Shown piece by piece: positions 55,719 through 64,000 of a stretch of 64,000 bases of DNA (positions within the stretch are counted from its first letter, which is position 1; each line of letters begins with the position of its first letter). Where the stretch lies: positions 8,620 through 72,619 of the forward strand of contig CACNFT010000001.1 of NCBI GenBank assembly GCA_902619825.1, written 5' to 3'. The position numbers and the translations under genes were made by a program. The notes beneath the pieces were generated by a model. The model searched no databases, was not told the DNA's origin, and saw only the letters and a list, made by a program, of their open reading frames with translations. The stretch comes from an uncultured Candidatus Actinomarina sp. (GTDB lineage Bacteria > Actinomycetota > Acidimicrobiia > Actinomarinales > Actinomarinaceae).

Positions 55719-57350
55719 TTAAAGAGTATTCTGATAAAATTCTATTTTCTTTTTTAGATCTTCTAAGTTTTCCAATAAAGATAAATCATTTGACTCATCC
55801 ATCTCTTTAATTAAATTTTCAATTCTTAGTTCAGAGAAATAAATGTAAAGCCTAGCTATAGACTCTTTAAGTTGGCTATCAGAATAAGAAATATTTTCGT
55901 ATTTTTCGAATTCATGACTATTTTTATTCGTTTTAAGTTCATCAATAAATTTCTTATATTCAAAATTTAAATTAATTAGAGAGTCAAGATCATCGTCAAT
56001 ATTAAAATCTTTTTTTATTAATTCAGCAGTTAAGATTTCTTGAAAAGTTTCAATATGTTTGATTTGGCTTGAAGAATTTTTAGTTTGCGACATTGGCTCA
56101 TTGTCTGACTGATACTTCAATTCATTTGTTAACACTTCTTTGGTAATTCCTATTTTTTTACTCAAATATCCAACAGATAAATCTTTCTCTAATGGACTTA
56201 GAAAACTTGATAGTTTTTTAAATTCTTGAAAAGTTTTCTTTGTGTCATCTTTGTCAATTATTTTATTGATACAGAATTCAACAAGATCGGCCTTTTCATT
56301 GATAATTTTAGATATATCACTATTACCACTTTCATAAAGCTCAGAGATATCCTTGAATTCTTTTGGAAGATTTAGTTTGAAAAAATTGACCTCTGATGGC
56401 TGGTTATTTTTAATTTCAAGAACCCTTTTTGTGGCACTATCTCCTGCTTCGTCATTATCAAAACATAAATAAATTTCTTTTGTATATCTAGAAAGTAAAT
56501 TAATTTGTTGTACTGTTAATGCTGTTCCTGATGGTGATGCAACATTGTAAAAGCCAAGCTTATTGAATGCAATAACGTCAAAATATCCTTCAACTAATAT
56601 GACAAACTTTTTCTTTTTTAAGTCAGACAAAAAATTACTTGTAAAATATAAGGTTCTATTTTTCCGATATATTGAAGATTCTGCTGTGTTTAAATATTTT
56701 GGACCAAAATCATCTAATGATCTTCCACCAAAACCAACTGTTTCATTCCTTAAATTTGTTATTGGAAAAATTATTCTATTTTTAAATAAAAAATTACCTC
56801 TTTCACTCAATAATCCAAGATTTTTTAAATCAGTTTTTGTTAAATTGTTTTTTTTAAAAAACTCATTTGTACTTTTTTCATCTTTTTCTGCATAGCCAAT
56901 TCGAAATTCTTTTATATCTGCACCATCTAAATCTCTCGACTTTAAATAATCTATTGACTCAGAGCTTTTTCCTTCTTTCATATTATTAATAAAAAAATTA
57001 TGAATTTTACTCATTGAACCAATAAGATTTTTTTGGTCACTCTCGAACTTTGAATCGGTGTATGTAAGATTAAATCCATACTTTTCAGCAGCAATCTCAA
57101 CTGATTCTTGAAATTCAACATTATTTATCAATTGAATATATTTATAAATATCTCCACCCTCTTTACAGCCAAAACAATGAAACAAATTATCTTCATCTGT
57201 AAAACTCATACTTGCAGTTTTTTCACCATGAAAAGGGCAAAGAGCCATGCCTTTATTACCTCTTAATTTTCCAGTTGTAGAACTGAGAATAAAATCACTT
57301 ATTTTAGATCTATTTCTTAAGTCGTCGATTGATTGTTTTGAGATTCCCAT
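55719..57350 (-). CDS. dnaG: DNA primase (short form)
   Basis: 543 aa. Zinc ribbon CPFHGEKTASMSF...FHCFGCKEGGD and TOPRIM (ILVEGYFDVI, DNDEAG). Confidence 0.92.
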   Translation of the reverse strand: MGISKQSIDDLRNRSKISDFILSSTTGKLRGNKGMALCPFHGEKTASMSFTDEDNLFHCFGCKEGGDIYKYIQLINNVEFQESVEIAAEKYGFNLTYTDSKFESDQKNLIGSMSKIHNFFINNMKEGKSSESIDYLKSRDLDGADIKEFRIGYAEKDEKSTNEFFKKNNLTKTDLKNLGLLSERGNFLFKNRIIFPITNLRNETVGFGGRSLDDFGPKYLNTAESSIYRKNRTLYFTSNFLSDLKKKKFVILVEGYFDVIAFNKLGFYNVASPSGTALTVQQINLLSRYTKEIYLCFDNDEAGDSATKRVLEIKNNQPSEVNFFKLNLPKEFKDISELYESGNSDISKIINEKADLVEFCINKIIDKDDTKKTFQEFKKLSSFLSPLEKDLSVGYLSKKIGITKEVLTNELKYQSDNEPMSQTKNSSSQIKHIETFQEILTAELIKKDFNIDDDLDSLINLNFEYKKFIDELKTNKNSHEFEKYENISYSDSQLKESIARLYIYFSELRIENLIKEMDESNDLSLLENLEDLKKKIEFYQNTL

Positions 57351-58633
57351 TACATATTGTCAAAATAGCTTTTTATATCTTCGATTTTAATTCTCTCTTG
57401 TGACATACTATCTCTATCTCGTACAGTTACAGCCTTGTCTTCTAATGTGTCAAAATCTACCGTTATACAATAAGGAGTCCCAATTTCATCTTGTCTTCTA
57501 TAGCGTTTTCCAATAGATTGAGTTACATCAATTTCTGTTCTAAAATATGGACCCAGTTCAGATTTAATAGAATTACATACTTCGATTAATTCTTCTTTTT
57601 TACTTAATGGCAGAATCCCAATTTGAATTGGAGCGAGGTCAAATTTAAATTTAAATAGAGTCCTTACCTCTTTTTCTAGTTCTTCTTCTTCATACAATGA
57701 AAGTAAAACCGCAAATAAAGTACGAGTAAGGCCTCCAGCAGGCTCAATAACAGATGGAGTAAATTTGTTATCACTATTTGGATCAAAATATCTCAAATCC
57801 TTACCACTACTTTCTTGATGAGCATTCAAATCATAATTACCTCTATTGGCAATTCCTTCAAGTTCACCCCATCCCCAAGGATATTCAAACTCAATATCTG
57901 ATGTTTTCTTCGCATAATGAGCTAGTTCAGATTCGTCATGTTCTCTTATTCTTAATTTATTTTCAGGAATACCCAGGTTTTTGTACCAATTAAGTCTATT
58001 TTCAATCCAATAATCAAACCATTTGTCCTCTTCGCTCTCATCACAAAAGAATTCAATCTCCATTTGTTCAAACTCTCTTGTCCTAAAAATAAATTGTCCA
58101 GGTGTAATTTCGTTTCTAAATGACTTTCCAATATTTCCGATTCCAAAAGGTATTTTTGCTCTCATTGTTCTCAAAACATTTTCAAAATTTACAAATATAC
58201 CTTGTGCAGTTTCTGGTCTTAAATAAACAGTTGAGTTTTCATTTTCAACCGGGCCAATGCTAGTCTGAAACATCAAGTTGAATTGACGTGGTTCCGTTAA
58301 GTCCTCTTTCTTAATATGATCTGGTACCTGATCAGCTCTAAATCTTTCACCTGTAGGTTTATGGTCAACCATTGGATCGGTAAATTCGCCTACATGACCC
58401 GATGCTTTCCAAACATTGCTTGATTGTATAATCGCAGTATCTATAGGATAAATTTCAACTTCTAAATTACTGATACTTTTCCACCACATCTTTTCTATAT
58501 TATTTTTAAGAAGTACTCCTAATGGGCCGTAATCATAAGAACTTCTTAATCCTCCATAAATTGATGAAGCATTAAATACAAATCCTCTTGATTGAGCAAT
58601 TTTTACAACCTTATCAAATATTTCTTCAGGCAT
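57350..58633 (-). CDS. glyQS: glycine--tRNA ligase, single-chain (alpha2) type
   Basis: 427 aa. RGFVF.SS.IYGG, LRPETAQG, FRNEI.P, IEPAGGLTR. Confidence 0.92.
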   Translation of the reverse strand: MPEEIFDKVVKIAQSRGFVFNASSIYGGLRSSYDYGPLGVLLKNNIEKMWWKSISNLEVEIYPIDTAIIQSSNVWKASGHVGEFTDPMVDHKPTGERFRADQVPDHIKKEDLTEPRQFNLMFQTSIGPVENENSTVYLRPETAQGIFVNFENVLRTMRAKIPFGIGNIGKSFRNEITPGQFIFRTREFEQMEIEFFCDESEEDKWFDYWIENRLNWYKNLGIPENKLRIREHDESELAHYAKKTSDIEFEYPWGWGELEGIANRGNYDLNAHQESSGKDLRYFDPNSDNKFTPSVIEPAGGLTRTLFAVLLSLYEEEELEKEVRTLFKFKFDLAPIQIGILPLSKKEELIEVCNSIKSELGPYFRTEIDVTQSIGKRYRRQDEIGTPYCITVDFDTLEDKAVTVRDRDSMSQERIKIEDIKSYFDNM

Positions 58634-59324
58634 TTCCGTACTTTCTTACTCTATTCTGAAATTCATCAACGGCCGAATCTAATTCTTTTTCATCAAAATC
58701 AGGCCAAAGAGTATCCACAAACATAAGCTCAGTGTAGCTTAATTGATAGAGAAGAAAATTACTTACTCTCTTCTCCCCTGCTGTACGTATTAATAAATCT
58801 GGATCTGGCATTTCAGGTAATAATAAATTAGCTCGAAATGATTCTTCATCTAATTGATCAAAAGAATTTTTATTTAATTTTGTATAAGTATCATGAATTT
58901 CTTTTCTTGAACCATAGTTAAATGCAAATACAAGATTCAACTTTTTATTGTTCTTGGTCAATTGTTCAGTTTCATTCATGAGAAATTTATTTTCATCAGG
59001 AATTCTGTTATCTTCTAAATCACCAATAAAATGAAATCTAACACCTTTATCATTAAATTCTTCTCTTCTCCTGATTAAAATATCACGATTAAAAAACATT
59101 AAAAAATCAACTTCATCTTCAGACCTTGACCAATTTTCAGTTGAAAAAGCATAAACCGTTAGCCATTGCAGATTGTTTTTAAGTGCCCAATCAATTGAAC
59201 GTGAAAGGGAGAATTCACCAGCGGCATGTCCTGCTGTTCTCTCTAATCCCTGGTTGGTTGCCCATCTACCATTACCATCCATAATGATGGCAATGTGATT
59301 AAGATTTATATCCTTAAGATTCAT
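58626..59324 (-). CDS. uppS: isoprenyl (undecaprenyl/decaprenyl) diphosphate synthase, cis-prenyltransferase
   Basis: 232 aa. HIAIIMDGNGRWA, FSTENW.R, RTAGEKR.SNFLLYQ. Confidence 0.93.
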   Translation of the reverse strand: MNLKDINLNHIAIIMDGNGRWATNQGLERTAGHAAGEFSLSRSIDWALKNNLQWLTVYAFSTENWSRSEDEVDFLMFFNRDILIRRREEFNDKGVRFHFIGDLEDNRIPDENKFLMNETEQLTKNNKKLNLVFAFNYGSRKEIHDTYTKLNKNSFDQLDEESFRANLLLPEMPDPDLLIRTAGEKRVSNFLLYQLSYTELMFVDTLWPDFDEKELDSAVDEFQNRVRKYGNA

Positions 59325-59757
59325 TCCAAATTTTCTTCATAAGTTTTGATTCATACATCTTTAATTTGTCATTTTTTTCATGTGAGTAACCAATTAAATG
59401 TAAAAGCCCATGAATTACAATATATTGTAGTTCTTCAACAAAATCTTTATCGTAGATTTCTGCATTCTTTTTAATAACATTTCGACAAATGAACATGTCA
59501 CCCATATCCTCAAGCATGCTTTGATCTAATTGATTTATAGCTTCAATGTCGTTGTATAAAGGAAAAGACAAAACATCTGTTGGCTTGTTTTTATTAAATG
59601 TTTTTTGATTTAATTTTTTTGATTCACTTTCATTTAGAGAATGAACCGTAAAATGAAAATTTCTTGATATTTTGAAATTCTCAGAAAAAATTTTTACAGC
59701 TTGGGTGACTTTTAATTTTTCATTTTTATAAAAATAACCGTTAAAAAGAATTTTCAA
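59314..59757 (-). CDS. ybeY: rRNA maturation endoribonuclease YbeY
   Basis: 147 aa. HGLLHLIGYSHE zinc motif. Confidence 0.9.
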   Translation of the reverse strand: MKILFNGYFYKNEKLKVTQAVKIFSENFKISRNFHFTVHSLNESESKKLNQKTFNKNKPTDVLSFPLYNDIEAINQLDQSMLEDMGDMFICRNVIKKNAEIYDKDFVEELQYIVIHGLLHLIGYSHEKNDKLKMYESKLMKKIWNES

Positions 59758-59760
59758 TAT

Positions 59761-61935
59761 TTATTCTTCTTCATCTTTTGTAAATTCAGGGTACAAAACT
59801 CTTTGATGATAAAGTCCTTCCAAGCTTGCTTGAAATGACTGTTTAATTTTTTCAAGATCTTGGAAAGTTATGGGCGCATTCAGTAATTGACCATCATTGA
59901 TCTTTTCTTCAAAAATTTCATTGACTAAATTAGATATTTTTTCTTCATCGGCATCTTCATATTGAAATCTTGCTCTACATGCTGCCTCCAGAGCGTCTGC
60001 AAACATTAAAATAACAGTTTCTTTTGAACTTGGCTTTTCTCCAAGATGTCTAAAATCATCTTTTGTGACTTCTGGGTTAGTAAGTTTTTCTTTTTCATAA
60101 AAATATCTCATCACTGAATCACCGTGATGTTCAATTATCCCTCTGTAAACTGCTTCAGGGATTTTGAATTTTTTGGCTAACTTCACACCATCTGTCACGT
60201 GTGATCTGATAATTTCTACTGATTCATTTGAAGATAAATTATCATGTGGGTTGCTGGATCCAAACTGATTTTCTACAAACATTGAGGGGTTTTCAGTTTT
60301 TCCTAAATCGTGAAAGTAGGCCATAGCTCTTACTAGTTGTGAATTTGCACCTATGAGATTTGCTGCCCTATCCCCAAGTGTTCCAACGACAAGGGAGTGA
60401 TTGAATGTCCCTAAAGCTTTTTCTTCTAAATATCTAAGTCCTGGATGGTTTCTATCTGCAATTTCTGAAAGCCTAAAATTTGTAGTTAATCTAAATGCCA
60501 ATTCAATATAATTTATGAGTGAAAATGCTGCTAAATTACCGACTAACCCTCCTAGTAAAGAAGATACAAAAATTTCAACAAAACTGAAATCTTCTCTTAG
60601 GAAAAAGAATATTCCAAAAGCAACTACTGGTTGAGATAAGGTAATGTAAATTATTCTTTGCCTCAAAGTAATTCTGTCTATATCTTCTGAGAGAAATATT
60701 GAAGGTACAACTGTAAGTACCGCTCCCATAGCAACAAGACCTATATTTCCACCACCAGCAAGAGCTAACAACGAACTTGAAAGCGACAAAATAAGTGTTG
60801 CTCTTAGATTTAGTAAAACAGCTGAAACTACACCTACAAAAGAAATTGGAACAGCATATTTCAAATAATTTAAATCTAAACTTTGAGAAAAATACGAAAT
60901 ACCTCTCAAAAATATTGATGAAATAAGTATTAGTGTTAATAACAATAAAAATTCATTGTTATTGTTCCACATAGAATCCTTAAATCTCCATAATAAGAAA
61001 TAAATTAAAACAAAGACTGAAAAAATTATTGGAATTGCAGCAGTTTGTATACTTCTTGACTCTCCTGATAAATATCCAAAATTATCTAATGCATTGTATT
61101 GGACAGAGTTAATTTTTTCACCCTCACTAACAACTATATCTTCTTCAAAAAATTTGACTATGACAGGATCGATTGAATCTGCAACTTTTTGTTTTTGCTC
61201 ATCCCATAGTTCTTGTTCAAGTTTTTGATTAACTATTAAATTTTCTGCTATTAATTCTGCAACAGAAGATCTTAATCTACTTTCTGGGACTAATGCGAAC
61301 AATTCACTTGATAGATCTAAATATGGTGGATTTGATACAAGATTTTGTCTTGTTTGGTTTAAATTATCATTGTTGATGCCAACTTGGAGAATTTCACTTG
61401 CTAAGCTCTTAGCCTCAAGTTCTAATTGGGAAAGATATCCTGTTTTGTTTAATAAATCATAATTTGATATCTCAACAAGTACTTCAATATTTGCTGTTGA
61501 AATTGTTGAGAACGATAATGAACTTGCAATTTTTTCTATTTGTTGGATTTTATTTAATTCAACAATCTCAACTTCTGGTTCTGTACTCTCACCAACTGAA
61601 TCTTGATCACTAGATACTAAGACTTCTTCTGTTCTTGCCTCAATGACGGTCAAAAACATACTTGTAATACCATTTAAAACAGTTTGATTAAGTTCTGAAT
61701 TTATTGAATATATTGGATTAACTGAATCAACAGCTTTAGCGATATTTTCATTAGTTTGTTCATCGTCGACAATTTCTATGTATTTTGGAGCTACGAATGT
61801 AGATGGTGATTCCTCACCAATACTAATTTTTATTACTTGATTTTCAGGAAATATTGAGAATGAAATAAACCAAACTAAACCACCAAAAATTGCAATATAT
61901 AAAAGTTTTATACCAAAAGAAAAGTAATTTCTCAT
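59761..61935 (-). CDS. 7TM-HD membrane phosphohydrolase (PgpH-like)
   Basis: 724 aa. N-terminal extracellular domain, 7 TM, C-terminal HD domain (HSLVVG...AYFHDLGK). Confidence 0.8.
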   Translation of the reverse strand: MRNYFSFGIKLLYIAIFGGLVWFISFSIFPENQVIKISIGEESPSTFVAPKYIEIVDDEQTNENIAKAVDSVNPIYSINSELNQTVLNGITSMFLTVIEARTEEVLVSSDQDSVGESTEPEVEIVELNKIQQIEKIASSLSFSTISTANIEVLVEISNYDLLNKTGYLSQLELEAKSLASEILQVGINNDNLNQTRQNLVSNPPYLDLSSELFALVPESRLRSSVAELIAENLIVNQKLEQELWDEQKQKVADSIDPVIVKFFEEDIVVSEGEKINSVQYNALDNFGYLSGESRSIQTAAIPIIFSVFVLIYFLLWRFKDSMWNNNNEFLLLLTLILISSIFLRGISYFSQSLDLNYLKYAVPISFVGVVSAVLLNLRATLILSLSSSLLALAGGGNIGLVAMGAVLTVVPSIFLSEDIDRITLRQRIIYITLSQPVVAFGIFFFLREDFSFVEIFVSSLLGGLVGNLAAFSLINYIELAFRLTTNFRLSEIADRNHPGLRYLEEKALGTFNHSLVVGTLGDRAANLIGANSQLVRAMAYFHDLGKTENPSMFVENQFGSSNPHDNLSSNESVEIIRSHVTDGVKLAKKFKIPEAVYRGIIEHHGDSVMRYFYEKEKLTNPEVTKDDFRHLGEKPSSKETVILMFADALEAACRARFQYEDADEEKISNLVNEIFEEKINDGQLLNAPITFQDLEKIKQSFQASLEGLYHQRVLYPEFTKDEEE

Positions 61936-62867
61936 TATTTCTTTGGAAATACTTCTAATATTTTTGAAACAATAGGATTTCTCACAATATCAGCATTATC
62001 AAATTCCATGACAGATATTTCATCAATATTAGATAGTGCTTTTCTTGTTCTTTTTAGACCAGAGTTATCTGTATTGTAAAGATCTATCTGTGATTCATCA
62101 CCAGTAATTATTACTTTAGAATTTTCACCTAATCTTGTGAGAAACATTTTTATTTGTCCTGAGGTGGCATTCTGTGCTTCATCAAGAATAATACATGCAT
62201 TATTTAAAGTTCTACCTCTCATATAAGCAAGCGGAACGATTTCAATATTTCTTTTTTCGATTAGATACTCTAGGTTCTCGTTACCAAAGAAGTACTCTAA
62301 TGAATCAAATAATGGGACCAAATATGGATCGATTTTTTGAGATAAGTCACCAGGAAGAAATCCCAATTTTTCTCCAGCTTCTACTGCTGGCCTAGTTAGA
62401 ACAATTTTCTTTATCTGATCTTCAGAGTACATTTTTACTGCACTAGCAACTGCTAAAAAGGTTTTTCCTGTTCCAGCAGGCCCAACTCCAAATGTGACAG
62501 TTGAATTCATTATTGTTTCTATATATTTGTATTGACTCACGTTTTTAACTTTTATGGACTTATTATTTGTAATGCTTATTGTGCTTAATTTTTTACCATT
62601 ACCATTTAATGTCCCATTCATATTCATTAAAAGTTCAATATCAGGAATATCTACAGTCTGATTATTTTGATTTAAAGCAACCATTTCATCAATTAAACTA
62701 ACTAGTTTTTTTATCCTATCCTTATTTCCCTCTATATAAAGAATGTTGCCCCGCGCATTGATTTTTAATGCCGGAAAAATTTTTTTTATATATTTTAAAT
62801 TATTGTCATTAATTCCAAACAAATTAATTAATTCAATATTATTCGGTATGACTTTTTCAACAACCAT
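61935..62867 (-). CDS. phoH: PhoH-like ATPase
   Basis: 310 aa. GPAGTGKTFLA, ILDEAQN, and a KH-like N-terminal domain. Confidence 0.9.
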   Translation of the reverse strand: MVVEKVIPNNIELINLFGINDNNLKYIKKIFPALKINARGNILYIEGNKDRIKKLVSLIDEMVALNQNNQTVDIPDIELLMNMNGTLNGNGKKLSTISITNNKSIKVKNVSQYKYIETIMNSTVTFGVGPAGTGKTFLAVASAVKMYSEDQIKKIVLTRPAVEAGEKLGFLPGDLSQKIDPYLVPLFDSLEYFFGNENLEYLIEKRNIEIVPLAYMRGRTLNNACIILDEAQNATSGQIKMFLTRLGENSKVIITGDESQIDLYNTDNSGLKRTRKALSNIDEISVMEFDNADIVRNPIVSKILEVFPKK

Positions 62868-63208
62868 TAGAAAGCCTTCAATTTTTCTCCTCCAATTAAA
62901 TGGAGATGTATATGATAAACAGTCTGTCCACCATCATCATTAGTATTAAATATTAATCTATAGCCGCTCTCATCTATTTCATATTTTTTTGCTAAATCTT
63001 TAGCTACTTGTATCATCTTTCCAACTAACAATGTGTCCTCATCAGATAAATTATTTATTGTATTTATTCTTTTTTTTGGAATTATTAGTAGATGAATTCT
63101 AGCAACAGGATTTATGTCTTGAATTGAAAATATATCGTCATCTTCGTAAATTATTTCTGATTCTATTTCTTTATTTAGAATCATCTCAAATACTGATTTT
63201 TCTTCCAT
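62867..63208 (-). CDS. HIT family nucleotide hydrolase/transferase
   Basis: 113 aa. Histidine triad HIHLHLIGG. Confidence 0.9.
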   Translation of the reverse strand: MEEKSVFEMILNKEIESEIIYEDDDIFSIQDINPVARIHLLIIPKKRINTINNLSDEDTLLVGKMIQVAKDLAKKYEIDESGYRLIFNTNDDGGQTVYHIHLHLIGGEKLKAF

Positions 63209-63216
63209 ATTATATT

Positions 63217-63849
63217 TTACATCAATAAGGATACACCAAGTATTGAGGCTGTCTCTGTTCTTAAGGTAAAATCACCAATATTTGATAGGTATTTAAATTT
63301 ATCTTTCTCGTTATTAGACCAGCCACCTTCAGGGCCAATAGCTATGTTTTTCATACTGTTGTTTTCTAAAATATGTTTACCAGTAATATCAAGGCCGTGA
63401 TTAAATTTTTCAAAATCTAAATTATTTGTAATAAATATATCTGGTTTAAATGCGTTTCCTGATTGCTCTACTGCTGAGATAGACCACATATTAAGCTTAT
63501 CTAAATCAACTTTTATTTTTTGTGAATGATCTGTAGGGCCGAAAGTAATTGAACTTACAGATAGTTCCGTTAATTTCTCAACAATAAAACGAAGTCTGTC
63601 CTTATCTTGAATGAAAGATATAAATACATCAATATGATTTTTTCTTTCAAATTCTTGATTAGATTTTAATGAAACAACATTTCCTTCTAATTTTCCAAAA
63701 TAAAGCTTTCCTTTCCCATTTGATATCTTTATTTCATCCATATCTTTAATCCTCAAAACATTTTTTAAATGGTGTAATTTTTCATCAGAAAGTTGTAGCT
63801 CTTTGAAAGTATCTAATATTTTTGAATCAAAAACTGTAGGGGTATGCAT
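63217..63849 (-). CDS. rsmE: 16S rRNA (uracil1498-N3)-methyltransferase, short
   Basis: 210 aa. PUA-like N-terminus, C-terminal SPOUT knot (IGPEGGWS...LRTETA). Confidence 0.75.
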   Translation of the reverse strand: MHTPTVFDSKILDTFKELQLSDEKLHHLKNVLRIKDMDEIKISNGKGKLYFGKLEGNVVSLKSNQEFERKNHIDVFISFIQDKDRLRFIVEKLTELSVSSITFGPTDHSQKIKVDLDKLNMWSISAVEQSGNAFKPDIFITNNLDFEKFNHGLDITGKHILENNSMKNIAIGPEGGWSNNEKDKFKYLSNIGDFTLRTETASILGVSLLM

Positions 63850-63850
63850 A

Positions 63851-64000
63851 CTATTGTTTTAAAAACTCTTTAAAGGCCTCTTTGGGTACTTCTACCCTTC
63901 CAATGCTTCTCATCTTTTTCTTGCCTTCTTTTTGCTTTTCTAAAAGTTTCCTCTTTCTAGTAACATCTCCTCCATAAAGTTTTGCAGTAACATCCTTTCG
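63851..64000 (-). CDS. lepA: elongation factor 4, C-terminal 49 codons (gene continues past the right edge)
   Basis: Own translation: [49 protein letters not shown]-stop (TAG at 63853-63851). This is the characteristic LepA C-terminal tail. Confidence 0.85.
   Translation of the reverse strand, partial: RKDVTAKLYGGDVTRKRKLLEKQKEGKKKMRSIGRVEVPKEAFKEFLKQ

Noticed and set aside
55200-55720. Possible integrative element or att site at the tRNA pair
   Set aside because: There is no integrase, excisionase or transposase ORF anywhere in the window. I found no repeat of the tRNA 3' halves by eye near 25.6 kb or 42.8 kb. Only the softer 'island boundary' statement is kept.
1-64000. CRISPR arrays, rRNA genes, prophage or defence-system genes
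   Set aside because: I scanned the intergenic gaps, all under 150 nt except the 420-nt rnpB gap (14886-15305) and the 228-nt stretch at 42630-42857 discussed above, and all ORF translations. No spaced direct repeats, no rRNA-like sequence, no nuclease/helicase/methylase clusters and no phage structural genes were seen.

Overview
AT-rich, very gene-dense window with almost no intergenic DNA and many 4-8 nt stop/start overlaps, so it looks like a streamlined free-living bacterium. Several features point to a low-GC marine actinobacterium: an LCP ligase, an MMPL transporter, an F420-type LLM oxidoreductase, single-chain GlyQS, the RNase H / zinc-ribbon / Nif3 triad, and the order lepA-rsmE-phoH-ybeY-uppS-glyQS-dnaG. 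This assignment is inference from gene content and synteny only; no search was run.

Layout:
- (1) 1-25.6 kb, core genes: ilvD (partial), queG, an ilvBNC-leuAB operon behind a Leu/Ile/Val leader-peptide attenuator, a nitroreductase, trmH, a DEDDh exonuclease, a complete System I cytochrome c maturation operon (ccmABCEFH, a TPR protein and ccmG), RNase P RNA, an LLM oxidoreductase with a TauE permease, the RNase H / zinc-ribbon / Nif3 triad, MMPL, a secreted M15 peptidase and ppc.
- (2) 25.6-55.2 kb, a roughly 30 kb cell-surface glycan island. It holds nucleotide-sugar enzymes, about 7 glycosyltransferases, one Wzx flippase, three Wzy/O-antigen-ligase-like membrane proteins, two different initiating phosphoglycosyl transferases, an AsnB-like amidotransferase, a heparinase II/III-like protein and an LCP ligase. 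It ends at a tRNA(CAT)/tRNA-Asn pair.
- (3) 55.3-64 kb, core genes: SCP2, dnaG, glyQS, uppS, ybeY, pgpH-like, phoH, HIT, rsmE and lepA (partial).

No CRISPR array, transposase, integrase, rRNA or recognisable defence genes were seen. The most unusual items are:
- an O-antigen-ligase-like protein carrying a ~300 aa lectin-like insertion, next to LCP and WecA;
- the mosaic two-pathway structure of the island;
- a Wzy-like gene with no usable start codon;
- a System I Ccm set in a Gram-positive-type context.

All protein family calls rest on motif recognition by eye. No database search, RNA folding or GC computation was possible.
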